From: Macrostomum lignano
Lineage: Eukaryota
Assembly: GCA_002269645.1 (NCBI GenBank)
Contig: NIVC01002713.1
Coordinates: 1-38,005, forward strand
Length of the DNA stretch: 38,005 bases
Reading direction: 5' to 3'
In this document: in pieces, positions 18,980-31,219 of the stretch
Numbering within the stretch: the stretch's first letter is position 1
Layout of the letters: each line of letters starts with the position of its first letter
Program-made: the position numbers and the translations under genes
The notes under the pieces: model-generated
Database searches by the model: none
Told to the model about the DNA's origin: nothing
What the model saw: only the letters and a program-made list of their open reading frames with translations

Positions 18980-21900
18980 TCAGAAGAAATCGATATCTCT
19001 GGCCGACTGCACAGTGCAGTAGAGCTTCACAGGCACCTGTTTACCGTTGCGTGACAGCAGCGCCTCCTTGGGGGTGTCTTCAACGCAGTCTTTGTCTATG
19101 ATGGCCGCTGTGCCCACGAATTTTTTGGTGAACGAAATTGCCGATTGGCTGTAAACCTGCGGGATCGGATTGGGTTCTGACATTCTGACATTCTGATTCT
19201 CACATTCTGTTGAGATTGGCTAAACCTGACTAACCAGGTGACACTACCCTATCTAACAGGTGACACTACCCTATCTAACAGGTGACACTACCCTATCTAA
19301 CAGGTGACACTATCCTATCTAACAGGTGACACTACCCTATCTAACAAGTGAAACTACCCTATCTAACAGGTGACACTACCGTATCTAACAGGTGACACTA
19401 CCCTATCTAACAGGTGACACTACCCTATCTAACAGGTGACACTACCCTATCTAACAGGTGACACTACCCTATCTAACAGGTGACACTAACCTATCTAACA
19501 GGTGACACTAATCTATCTAATAGGTGGCACTACCATCACTCTACAATATGTACAAAATACCGCAGTCCTCACCTCAATATCTATGGGGTCAAGCAGCTGG
19601 TGTCGATACAGCAGCACTTTGAAGTCCACGTAGAACGTGTCCTTCTCTTTCTTGTCTTCGTACACAAATCCGCTCTGGGCGTTCACCAGGTCTGAGGCTT
19701 CGCAGTCAATCCGGACACTGGCGAGCAGGCCTGTAGGAGTGAATTTTATCATATTCCTTCAGCCCTACTTATTAAGTAGCTAATCATGCGCATAAAGTAT
19801 AAATTTAGGAGAAGTATGAATGACCGAATTCCCAATGATCCAGAAAGGAGCATAGAAAGGGCTAATTATACAATGAATTCACCGAGACCACCTTACCTTG
19901 CGTTCTCAAGTAGGAATTGACGCCTTTCACCTTGGTGACGATGAGGCGAGTAACGCCAAATAAATTCCATTCGCAGCAGGAGCAAGTGCCCGTGGGTTGG
20001 GGCACCAAATCCGGCAGTAGTCTGCGGGTTTCATGGCGCCGATATGTATCGCAGAAAACTTTATCAGGTAAGATTTCCTATCCCGCTCTTTAAACCACTC
20101 TCTGTCCCACTCTTTATCCCACTCTCTATCCCGCTCTTTATTCCACTCTCTATCCCGCTCTTTATCCCACTCCTTATCCCACTCCTTATCCCACTCCTTA
20201 TCCCACTCCTTATCCCACTCCTTATTCCACTCCTTATTCCACTCCTTATCCACTCCTTATTCCACTCCTTATCCCACTCCTTATCCCACTGCTTATTCTA
20301 CTCCCGAACCCACTCCCTATCTAAATCAAATCCCACTCCCTATCCCCATTTCCTATCCCACTCTCTATCCCACTTTTATTATCCATCTGTCTATCCTCAC
20401 GTCATCGAATAGTCGTCCTGGCTGAATGCTCTAAGCGTGAAGTTCTGCTGCTGCCCAGGCTCCTTAGTGCACGGCATCATCAAATAGTTGCCAGGCTCGA
20501 ATCTGGCCTTCATCAGCACGCCCGGCTGCCTCTCCGGCTTGACTCGAAGCGCCAGCCAGGCCTCGCGGGGCGCAGCTTTGATGCGACTTTTCCGATTGAC
20601 TTCAATGCGAAACAGATCCATGCCGATCTCCAGCTGGCTGTCCTCGAAGCAGGCGGTTGACGGGTCGCCCTGTTCCAGGTAGAAGGACACGTTGTTGGGA
20701 TTTTCTCCGGGTATGGTCAGCAGGTACTGCGGATTGGAGGCGTAGGTGTCCTTGTACTCGTAGCTGCCGCCAGCTGAGTAGTCCACGCTGCGCCGCCTGC
20801 CACCGCGGCCGACCTGCTCGGCGGTCCACTCGTTGTGGAAGGTGTAAATTAGCCAAGACCGGATGCTGCCAACGCCGGTGACCACGCAGATGTCGACATC
20901 CGTGAACTGCTTGAGGACGTCACCGATGCTCATCCTGGGAAAAGTTCCAGGCGCGATACAATCGTAGTCATGTTACGTTGACCTTCAGATAATCATTTGA
21001 CCTTAAGGGTTGATTTTCCGACAATAAAATCCTTTGGCTTTGGGTCAGAAACAGTGGACCCGAAATCTCACAAACCCGAAATCTCACAAACCCGAAATCT
21101 CACAAACCCGAAATCTCACAAACCCGAAATCTCACAAACCCGAAATCTCACAAACCCGAAATCTCACAAACCCGAAATCTCACAAACCCGAAATCTCACA
21201 AACTCGAAATATCACAAACCCGAAATATCACAAACCCGAAATCTCACAAACCCGAAATCTCACAAACCCGAAATCTCACAAACCCGAAATATCACAAACC
21301 CGAAATCTCACAAACCTGAAATATCACAAACCCGAAATCTCACAAACCCGAAGTATCACAAACCCGAAATCTCAAAAACCCGAAATCTCACAAACCCGAA
21401 GTATCACAAACCCGAAATCTCACAAACCCGAAATATCACAAACTCGAAATCTCACAAACCCGAAATCTCACAAACTCGAAATCTCACAAGCCCGAAATCT
21501 CACAAACCTGAAATATCACAAACACAAAATCTCACAAACTCGAAATCTCACAAACCCGAAATATCACAAACCCGAAATATCACAAACCCGAAATATCACA
21601 AACCTTAAATATCACAACCCTTTGTGAGCAGTTTTTTTAGTCATTTCGTAGTCAAGCTCACCAGAAAATACCGTCTTTACTGTCCACCAGTCCGATTTTG
21701 TCCTTGAACTCCAGAGTAACGGATCGCCACTCTGGCGAGCTGAAATGAGAGTTTGTTTGGTTGCCAACCAGGATATGTCAGGTGGAACAAGTTGAGAACA
21801 GTTATTTATACCCGTCACTCCAGGCTCCGGTCCACTCCATGTCGAACCAGGCATTCTGGAACATCATTAGCGTCACGGGAGTCTTGCCGTCCTTCAGCTT

Positions 21901-23946
21901 GGTCTGCTGGATGTCTGTGAGGATGTAGCCTCGGCCGTATACGAGACTCTCCTTGGTCCAGTCGCCCATGCGAGTGGTTCGGTTGTCAGGCTGTTTGGGG
22001 GGGGGTCAAAAATTCAATTTCAGAGCGTTTGAGGATAATGACTCAGTCCTTACGGAAATATGATTATGATTATGATTTTGATTTTGATTATGATTCTGAT
22101 TATTATTATGAGTACTCGGAACTTGGCCACAGACTATTTGTTACTGCTAATTGTTCTTGTTACTTGTTTGTTACTGTTAGTAGATAGTAGCGCCAATGGA
22201 GAATAATAATATTTTACGCAGTCCTACCTGCAAGCTGAACAATATCAGAGAGCGCCTGCTTAGATGAGTGTAAAACTGCTTAGCCAGCTGCGCCTGATCA
22301 TCGGGACTGTCTGGATTTATCCCATTCTCAGCGCCTGGCTGTCGCATCTGCCGCAAATCCCAGTGCTCAGGGATGCCCCGAACGAAACTGGCCAGGGCGT
22401 CTACGACGCGGCCTCGACTGAGACTGGCATAGTCTCCGTGCATCCTGTTGCATTGCGGTGTGTTGAGAATATAATGCTCGGAGGTGCTTGAGGTGGCTGC
22501 GGCTGGTAAGGTTTGGGAGGGAGGGGCGGTATGGCGCTAGTGGGGTTTGAGAGGGGGCTGGGGCTAGTGGGGTTTGTGAGGGGTCTGGGGCTAGTGGGGT
22601 TTGAGAGGGGGCTGGGGCTAGTGGGGTTTGTGAGGGGTCTGGGGCTAGTGGGGTTTGTGAGGGGCAGGGGCTAGTGTGGTTTGTGAGGGGCTGGGGCTAG
22701 TGGGTTTGAGAGGGGGCTGGGGCTAGTGGGGTTTGTGAGGGGCTGGGGCTAGTGTGGTTTGTGAGGGGCTGGGGCTAGTGGGTTTGAGAGGGGCTGGGGC
22801 TAGTGGGGTTTGTGAGGGGCTGGGGCTAGTGTGGTTTGTGAGGGGCTGGGGCTAGTGGGGTTGAGGGGGCTGGGGCTAGTGGGGCTTGAGAGGGCTGGGG
22901 CGATTGGGGTGAGAGGGCTATGGCTAGTGTGGTTTTGGGGGGGCTGGGGCTAGTGGGGTGAGGGGTTCTGGGGCTAGTGGGGTGAGGGGGCTGGGGCTAG
23001 TTTTACTTGAGAGGGCGCTGGGGCTAGTGAGGTTTTTAGGGCGTAGAATTTCCAGACAATAAAAAGCAACGCCTGATCATTAAACAAAAACTGACTTAGC
23101 GTAGGCTTTTTCGAGTAGAGCGCTCCAGAACTCGTTCTCCTCGCAGGAATGCGCGTAGACCAGACGGCCTTTCCGCGTCGGCAGCAGGTCGTCAATGACA
23201 ACCTCGTAGAGGCCGCCATGCCTGCTGAACAAGAAGCGAAATATTCCCGGATGAAAATCATCGCCGTAGTCTTGCTGAGTCCAGTTGGGCAGCACGCTGT
23301 TGAGCTGCCCGGGCCTCGAGGTCAGCGCGGCCGAGGCCGTCACGAACCATGCGTTGCCGCGTTCGCCCTGCATCACGTCGGAGCCACTGACGCCGTCAAC
23401 CACCAGGTGTGGATTGCTGACCAGCTCGGTCGGACGGCGCCACTCGATGTCTGAGCCGCGGTTGTTGGCGTCCAGACTGGACGCTTCCGGCGGAAATGTG
23501 GGGTCGACGAACTTGCGCTGCTCGCGGATCAGCTCGCGGTGCAGCCGCTGTTGAGAGAAACGAGCGGTTTTAGCTTTGGCTTTGGGGAGCGAGTGAGGAG
23601 GCAAATGCATTCAGTGAGCCTGTTCTGCTGACTCCTGAGCATGCGCTCACACAGGCCCTGACTTTCTCATTGTTGCAGTCAGTGTACACATTCTGTACAT
23701 TTTAGGGTTGGCCCCCAAACTACTGAGGAATCGAAGCCTAAAGTATATTTGTGAGGGAGTGGACTTTTTTCTTTTATCACAGAATTTTCAAGCTAGCTAT
23801 AACTACCCAAAAGTGCACGCAAGACGCTATCAAGTTACCGCGATCGCACATGATGAAGTCGGCAATCAAGACGGTAAATTATATGTATTACAATAGCTAC
23901 ATCTACTTACCCTGTAATCATGGTCATTGAATCTGATAGTGGCCAT
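18980..23946 (-). CDS. CAPN5: Calpain-5/TRA-3-type calpain (CysPc + C2L/domain III + C-terminal C2), predicted catalytically inactive; complement(join(18980..19156,19573..19730,19897..20021,20401..20934,21662..21739,21812..21990,22228..22444,23096..23547,23911..23946)), 651 aa
   Basis: MATIRFNDHDYR|RLHRELIREQRKFVDPTFPP...MQGERGNAWF...EVVIDDLLPT...NEFWSALLEKAYAK|MHGDYASL...WTGAWSDG|SPEW...DGIFW|MSIGD...NPQYLL...GNYLMMPCTKEPGQQQNFTLRAF...C2-like tail. All nine exons have GT-AG sites with compatible phases; total 1956 nt. The symbol marks the subfamily by architecture; orthology is untested. Confidence 0.88.
19235..19530. repeat. 22-bp minisatellite CCCTATCTAACAGGTGACACTA (calpain intron 8)
   Basis: About 13 copies. 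Confidence 0.95.
20085..20395. repeat. 12-bp minisatellite TTATCCCACTCC (calpain intron 6)
   Basis: Direct reading. Confidence 0.9.
21058..21615. repeat. 16-bp minisatellite CCCGAAATCTCACAAA (calpain intron 5)
   Basis: About 34 copies. Confidence 0.95.
22520..23030. repeat. G-rich ~25-bp minisatellite GGGGCTGGGGCTAGTGGGGTTTGTGA (calpain intron 2)
   Basis: Direct reading. Confidence 0.9.
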
Positions 23947-24584
23947 TAGAGGCCGCGTGGATTAGTAAGATTATTTGAAGCCACAAGAGTTATATAACTA
24001 TCAACATACGCTCGTATTATACAAGCAAGATGCTCAGTGCAAGGATAGCATGCAATGGAACATTTGCTTCATGGCATAAATAGAAAGCTATGTGCAGAGC
24101 GGGAGTTTAATCTGGCCCACTCAGATGCTCTCAACTATGAACATTATGGTCGACTCCACAGTGTACTACGACTGTACTTACTTCTTTTCTGGCTGTCTTT
24201 CTTCTTTTAGCACACAATTTCCATCTCGAGACAGGCCGCTCACGCCACCTCTACACATACACCTCTACATAGCATGGCAACTGTGCGGGCAGACGCAGCC
24301 ACCCATCTCCGACCAACACCCACTTCTTAAAGTGGGTAAAGTAATGCGCCAGATTCTGTGTTTGCTTTGACAACCGCGCTGCTCTGCCACTGCGGGCCCT
24401 GTGAGAAGCGGCTTGCACTCGTTATTGGTCTTATGCTCATAGAGACCACTGTATCTCGCTTTTACATGCATTCCCAAACTCGCGATTTGCGGACGGAATT
24501 TGCTTAGCTATCAGTAGCTACGGCCCTTGAAGGCGCAGCTTAAAGATTGCGCTTGTGATGAATAGTGATGACTCGGTTCTTAAA

Positions 24585-24874
24585 TAAGGGCTCAAAGAGT
24601 CTGCTTGTGATGAAGACACAGTCTTGAAGGCAGGTCTTAAAGAGTCTGCTTGTGAGGACAACAGTCTTGAAGGCAGGTCTGAAAGAGTCTGCTTGTGAGG
24701 ACAACACAGTCTTGAAGTCGGGTCTGAAAGAGTCTGCTTGTGAGGACAACACAGTCTTGAAGGCGGGTCTGAAAGAGTCTGCTTGTGAGGACAACAGTCT
24801 TGAAGGCGGGTCTGAAAGAGTCTGCTTGTGAGGACAACACAGTCTTGAAGGCTGGTATCAAAGAGTGTACTTGT
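24585..24874. repeat. 43-46-bp minisatellite, left half (interrupted by the Gypsy element)
   Basis: Units AAGAGTCTGCTTGTGAGGACAACACAGTCTTGAAGGCGGGTCTGA. Confidence 0.9.
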
Positions 24875-25131
24875 TGTCATGCCGCAGCCCTGCACTCGCT
24901 TGCTTTTGCTAAACGGGGTGCCTAGCAGTGTGGGGTGCTCACGCACTGTACTTAGTTGTGTACACTGTACCCCCGGCTTTCCTCCCCCTTTTTATGCCTG
25001 TTATGCCTACGCGGCCGCACGTGATTGGTCGAGACCTAAAGGCCCAAAAATATATATCGGCGCTCTCGCCCTACTTGGAGGGCCAAGCGTTTTCGCACTG
25101 CAAAATTGAGACTGACTTATGAGTCATTACA
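24875..25131 (+). repeat. 5' LTR
   Basis: Differs from the 3' LTR by two 1-bp homopolymer indels and one A/C substitution; contains CACGTG, ATTGG and an AAAAATATATA box. Confidence 0.95.
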
Positions 25132-25152
25132 TTGGCGTCGCAAGGCCGGACC

Positions 25153-26400
25153 ATAGCCTTTCTACAACTGCCGCCCCCAGGAACATTCAGTCTCAGAGAC
25201 GACCCTCACTCTGTGAGCAAGCGCTGGCAGGACTGGTCCGCCAACCTGCAGCGATACCTGGCGGCAACGGGCATTACTGACGAAGCCCAGAAGCGACAAG
25301 TTCTACTGTACACAGCTGGCAAAGAAGTGAGCGACCTGTACAACGAAATTTCTGCACAGACGCAGCCGACAAACCAGTCCGACCAGGGCACTGCTCAGCA
25401 GCCAACGGTCGACCAGCTCATCCAGCAGTTCAGCAACCACTTCAAAGACCGAGACAACGTAGTTTTCATTCGCTACCAATTCCGACAGTGCCACCAGGAC
25501 GAAGGAAAGCCCATAGACGCCTGGCACAGCCGGCTGTGGGGAGCCTCAGAGGCCTGCCAGTTCGAGGGCCTCCGCCAGTCACTCATCAGGGACCAAATCG
25601 TGGCCAGCTGCCGCAGCGAGTCGCTGAGAAAGAGACTGCTGAACGTGCCGAACATCAGCCTGGCGGACACTCTACAGCTGGCCAGAACGCACGAAGCCGC
25701 AGAGAAGCAGGCAGCCATCATGTCCAACACAGCGGCAATCCCGGAGGAGGTGGCACAGCTTCGACGCCAGCGCCATCCGCCACAAAAGCCACCACGCGAC
25801 CCGCAGTCCACCTCCAAGTGCGTCCGTTGCGGTGAGCTGGGCCACCGAAGCTGCAGCAGAGCCCAAGGCAAGCGGTGCAGCAGCTGCGGCAAAATGAATC
25901 ATCTGGCCAAGGCTTGCCTCAGCGGCCGCTCAAAGATCAACGCACTGCAGCCAGAGCAAGATCAGCCAGCCGACCAGTCGGTGAGCGAAGTGTTCTGCAC
26001 CCTCAGCGCCAAAGATGACGGAGCCAAATTCAGCATCAACATCAACGGACAGCAAATCCGCACCCTTATTGACAGCGGGGCAAGCTGCAACGTTCTGGAC
26101 AAGGCGACGTTCTGCAGAGTCTGCCGCCCTGGCACGCCGCTGACACCGTCCAACACCAGAGTCTTCGCACTCGGCGCCAGCGAACCGCTGGAGGTGGCGG
26201 GCCAGATCAAGCTACCAGTCAGTGCAAACCACCGCGAGTTGGAGGCCACCTTTATCATCATCAACAGCAGCTGCACTCCGATACTCGGCAGAGCGTCCAG
26301 CACCAAACTCGGCATGCTGAGGGTTGGTCCAGAGGTCGGAAAAAATCTGCGATGGTGGCCAGCCTGGCCAAGCCAGCGGACTGCGAGGACCGTCATCTGA
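25153..26400 (+). pseudogene. Gypsy gag + aspartic protease
   Basis: Zn knuckles CVRCGELGHRSC and CSSCGKMNHLAKAC; protease LIDSGAS...ILGR. No ATG at the 5' end; ACC-ATA-GCC at 25150-25158 looks like a mutated start codon. Confidence 0.85.
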
Positions 26401-29155
26401 CCAAGCAACTGCAGCTCCAGAGCATCCTGGCAGGCTTCAGCGACCGCTTCCAAGGCATCGGATGCGTCAAGGGAGTCAGCGTCACCATCAAGCTGAGGCC
26501 AGATGCCAACCCAGTCTGCCAGCCACCGTCCCGCGTACCAGTCCACCTGAGGGCAGCAGTTGTCAAGGAGCTCGAGGACCAACTGGCACAAGGCATCGTC
26601 GAGCGCGTGCACGGCCCAACAGCCTGGTGCTCCAGGATGGTGGCGGTCCCGAAGGCCGAGCAGGGAGAGGTGCGCATCACCCAAGATCTACGCCAGGTCA
26701 ACAAGTACGTGGTCCCGGAAAAACAACCGATCCCGACATTCGAGGAGGTGACTGATGAGATTGCCGGGTCTGAGTACTTCTCAGAGCTTGACGTCGCCAA
26801 AGCCTTCCATCAAATTGAAGTCGCCGAGGAGTCCAGGGACCTGCTGACGTTCTCCACGCCCATCGGCCTCCTGCGACTGCGCCGTCTCTGCATGGGCTAT
26901 ACATCCGCCTCGGAGATCCTGCAGCGGGTGATGACCTCCGTCCTGAGCGGTCTCCCGGGCGTACGCTGGGTGCATGACGACATCCTGGTGTACGCGAAGG
27001 ACATCAAGGAGCACAATCAGCGTCTTCGAGACTGCCTGGCTCGGCTAAAGGAGAGCAACATCACACTGAACGCCAAGAAGTGTCGATTCGCCCAGCGGGA
27101 GGTCGACTTCCTTGCCATGCGCCTCACGGCCGCCGGCATCCACCCGAGCAAGGAGAAGGTGGAGGCCGTCCGCAGCTTCAAGCGGCCAACCAACGTGACC
27201 GAGGTCCGCTCCTTCCTGGGCCTCGTCACCTTCGTGGCCCGCTTCATCAGCAACCTGTCCGACAGAGCTCGGCCGTTGCGGGAGCTGACGAAGCGAGCCG
27301 CCGAGTGGACCTGGGGCGAGCAGCAGGAAGCCGCTTTCAACGACATCAAGCGCACGATCTCCAGCAGCCAGGCGCTGGCGTTCTTCAACAGCGAACTGCA
27401 GACCCAGCTGATCGTCGACGCCAGCCCGACCGGCGTCGGCGCCATCCTGGCCCAGGTGCAGCCTGACGGATCGACACGGCCGGTGGCCTACGCCAGCCGC
27501 AGTCTGAGCCCGACGGAGCAGCGCTACTCCCAGACGGAGCGCGAGGCCCTGGCAGTGAAGTACGGCGGCCTGAAATTCCATCACTACCTCAGCGGCGGCG
27601 GACAGTTCAAGGTCATCATCGACCACAAGCCGCTGATCTCGCTGTTCAGCCCGGGATCTCGTCCACCGCCAAGGATCGAGCGAATGGCACTGCGGCTGCA
27701 AGACCTCGTGTTCCAGGTGGTGTACCAGCCCGGCGCCAACAACCCGTCCGACGTTTTGAGCCGCCAGCCGCTGCCGATGCCGCCCAACAACGTTGGTGAG
27801 CAAGAAGACGCCATCTACGTGGCCACGGCAGTCCAAGCGGCAACGCCGGTGTCCATCAGCCTGGCGACCATCAAAGCGGCCTCCGACCAAGATGCCACAG
27901 TCCAAGCTGCGCTCCATGGCATCCGCGGTCATCGCTGGGACAAGAGCGACCCGAACCGGAGAAGGCTGCACGGCGTCGCCCACGAGTTGTCCGAGCTCGA
28001 CGGCCTGCTGCTGCGTCAAGGCCAGATCTTCATGCCAACAGCACTGCGCTACCGATGCCTGCAGCTGGCGCATCAAGGCCACCAGGGCATCAGAAAGACG
28101 CTGGATCGCCTTCAAGCCAAGGTCTGGTGGCCCAGCATGCGAGCATCAGTCGAGTCTCACGTGGCGGCCTGCCTGAGCTGCCAGATCTGCACCGCGAGAC
28201 CACGCCGAAGGGGACGCCGCTCAAGCCGACCGAACTACCGGCGGCGCCCTGGCTGGAGCTCGGCATGGACTTCCTCGGGCCCGTCAACGGTAAGTCGCTG
28301 CTCGTCTGCACGGACCACTTCTCGCGCTTCCCACTGGTCGAGGTCATGTCTAGCACCACCGCCGCCGCAGTCATTCGCGTGCTGCGGAATTGGTTCAGCA
28401 TCTTCGGGCAGCCGATGAAAGTGACGACCGACAACGGCCCGCCCTTCGCGTCGGCCGAGTTCAGCAGCTTCCTGGCGGACCAAGGCGCCAGGCACCATCG
28501 AATCACTCCGCTGTACCCACAGGCCAACGGCGCTACGGAAAGGTGCAACCAGGGACTCAACAAGGCCATCCGTGCGGCCGTGGCCGAAGGCAGGGACTGG
28601 ACGGCAGCGATCGACGAGTACCTGGCCGCGTACAGACACACTCCGCACAGCGCTACTGGGATCGCGCCCGCCAGCCTCCTGTTCGGGCGGCAGATCACCG
28701 ACACGATTCCCAACCTCCAGCACTCGCAGCCGGTGGACGTGACGAGAGCAGCCATCAAGGACAAGGACCAGCAGTCCAAGGAGAAGATGAAGCACTACGC
28801 CGACTAAAGGGCCAAGGCAGCAGACCACGACATTCGGCCAGGAGACCGCGTCCTGCGACGGCTGCAGTCCAGACAAAAGGCCGACGCCTTCTACGAGTCA
28901 ACGCCGTGGGTCGTGTCCGAAGTGCTCGGCGACTCGCTGGTCATGCAGCGCGACGACACCACCTGCCGCAGGCACGCCACGCAGGTCAAGCGGCTGCCAG
29001 AACCACCAGACCAGCCAGCCGGGCCGGCGCCGCAGCCGCCTGGCATCCCAGGCAGCTCGGACGAGGTGGAGTCGCCGATCGCGGCTCGGCCGCACCCGCG
29101 CCAGGCCAAAGACGGAGACAAGAACTATAAAGAAGCTGATTTGCGCATGCGCTAA
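26352..29155 (+). pseudogene. Gypsy pol: reverse transcriptase, RNase H, integrase (frameshift at ~28195; in-frame TAA at 28805-28807)
   Basis: RT: ELDVAKAFHQI, VHDDILVY; RNase H: IVDASPTG, YSQTEREALAV, DHKPL; integrase: AHQGHQG...CLSC, MDFLGP, TDNGPPF, NGATERCN; after the stop the same frame continues RAKAADHDIRPGDRVL...RRHATQVKR (GPY/F-like tail). Confidence 0.92.
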
Positions 29156-29281
29156 CTGACTGTTTGATTTTCTTGCGAACTTTCGTGCGCGCTTCGCTAT
29201 TTATTTCTGGCAATCATGTTGCCTCCAATATTCCTTTTTTTAGTCCAAATCCCAATTATTTTTATTCCACTCGGGGAGAAT

Positions 29282-29538
29282 TGTCATGCCGCAGCCCTGC
29301 ACTCGCTTGCTTTTGCTAAACGGGGTGCCTAGCAGTGTGGGTGCTCACGCACTGTACTTAGTTTGTGTACACTGTACCCCCGGCTTTCCTCCCCCTTTTT
29401 ATGCCTGTTATGCCTACGCGGCCGCACGTGATTGGTCGAGACCTAAAGGCCCAAAAATATATATCGGCGCTCTCGCCCTACTTGGAGGGCCAAGCGTTTT
29501 CGCACTGCAAAATTGAGACTGACTTCTGAGTCATTACA
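29282..29538 (+). repeat. 3' LTR
   Basis: Near-identical to the 5' LTR. Confidence 0.95.
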
Positions 29539-29755
29539 CTTGTGATGAAGACAGCAGTCTTGAAGGCTGATATCAAAGAGTGTACTTGTGATGAAGACAG
29601 CAGTCTTGAAGGCTGATATCAAAGAGTGTACTTGTGATGAAGACAGCAGTCTTGAAGGCTGGTATCAAAGAGTGTACTTGTGATGAAGACAGCAGTCTTG
29701 AAGGCTGGTATCAAAGAGTGCACTTGTGATGAAGATAGCAGTCTTGAAGGCGGGT
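29539..29755. repeat. 46-bp minisatellite, right half
   Basis: Units CTTGTGATGAAGACAGCAGTCTTGAAGGCTG(A/G)TATCAAAGAGTGTA. Confidence 0.9.
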
Positions 29756-30644
29756 CTTAGATAGCGCTGGCGCTTGGAGTTGTTTATAAAAAATGTTAGA
29801 CAACTACAGGAGGCGTTAAGTTGGTGATCACAAGATCAATTTTGCCAACATGCTTCTTTCGCTCACAGGAAGTGTCAGGCGAGCCGCAGCCCGCATGCTT
29901 CGATTTTCAATTAGCTAATTTGTGCTTGCCGGTCGCATGTGAAGCTTCTTGGAAAATCTGTAGGCCCTCAAGGTTTCCGTCTTTAACTTCTGACTGGCCA
30001 TTGAACTGGCCTTGAGTTGGTGCCAATATCAGCCGAGCATCAAAGCATCATCGCATGGTTTCTATAGCAACAATTCAAGCTGTGCATGTGAAAAGCACAG
30101 CTCAAAAAGCTATGTAGCTCAACTTTTTAACGAAATTTAAACCAAAAAATAATACAGAATGAAGGAATCCTGTGCATCATTATGACGTTCGCAAAAGTAC
30201 TCGATATTCCCTAGACTTTCGCATTATGCCGACAGATGGCGAAAGCCGAACGTCTGTGCATTAAATCTAAATCTAAAAGCAAATCTAAAAATTCTGACAA
30301 TAACAACTGGATTCATGAATTTTTTTTGCAACGAACAGAGAATATTTAGTTTATAGACGGGGGCAACTGCATGGGACGTGGCGAACGAATGCATTTCAGC
30401 AAACTACGAAGCATTTTAATTCTTCGCTGAAATCAAGAATACACGAGCTAGACGGGCAAACATTAAAAAAGTGGAATTATATCGTATGAGAACGACTGAC
30501 GACTTGATAGTTACGACTGAGTTTTTTTACTGGGCGCTAGTAACGCATATCGTTTGACATTTTACAAAAGACCAAGATTCACTATAGCACTTTAGCTTTT
30601 ACTTTCCAAATATATTTGTGTAAAAGCCTACCTAACCTACAGTA

Positions 30645-30915
30645 GACTCTGCTCGCAGATCCTAGAAGTCACTCCTCTGATCATAAGAGTCACTCTTCGG
30701 ATCACAGAAGTCATTCCACAGATCATAGAAGTCACTCCACAGATCATAGAAGTCACTCCACAGGTTATAGAAGTCACTCCACACGTCATAGAAGTCACTA
30801 CACAGATCATAGAAGCCACTCCAAACGTCATAGAATTGTCACTCCACAGGTCATAGAATTGTCACTCCACAGATCATAGAAGTCACTCCAAACTTCATAG
30901 AATTGTCACTCCTCG
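30645..30915. repeat. ~21-bp minisatellite CAGATCATAGAAGTCACTCCA
   Basis: Visible tandem copies with variants. Confidence 0.9.
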
Positions 30916-31219
30916 GATTGAAAAACTTAAAAGCTTGACAAACTTGATCAGACTTAAATAACACAGGCTCTCCTAAATCTTTAGTGTCAGCCTCGCAGAG
31001 TTGAAGTATCCACTCCAATATGCAGTGAAGGTCATCCTCTCAGATCTCATGAATCTCCGCCGTAGCATCAGAAACTTCAGCAACCAGCCGATCATCACCA
31101 CTGACATCTGATTTCGGCTGAGCCACTTGCATCTGCTGCATCTCCAGCATCTCCAGCTATTCACAACTCCTGGAGATGTGAGTGTGAAAACAATTATTCA
31201 CAACTCCATCGGCAAAGAT

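Larger units (their letters stand above)
24875..29538 (+). mobile_element. Full-length Ty3/Gypsy LTR retrotransposon (Mag-like organisation), 4664 bp, disabled
   Basis: 257-bp LTRs TGTCAT...TTACA at 24875-25131 and 29282-29538; 5-bp TSD CTTGT (24870-24874, 29539-29543); PBS-like TGGCGTCGC... at 25133; short PPT GGGGAGAA before the 3' LTR; domain order gag-PR-RT-RH-IN. Confidence 0.97.

Noticed and set aside
17764-21627. ORFs 17764-18227, 20044-20412, 20997-21627 and the DKEW part of 19927-20253
   Set aside because: Repeat-derived; only the spliced calpain exons in this span are supported.
25962-28876. Long minus-strand ORFs within the Gypsy element (e.g. 27045-28115, 356 aa)
   Set aside because: Antisense shadows of GC3-rich pol codons; no motifs.
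24879-29516. Duplicated 76-aa ORF (24879-25109 and 29286-29516)
   Set aside because: Simply the two LTR copies; no coding evidence.
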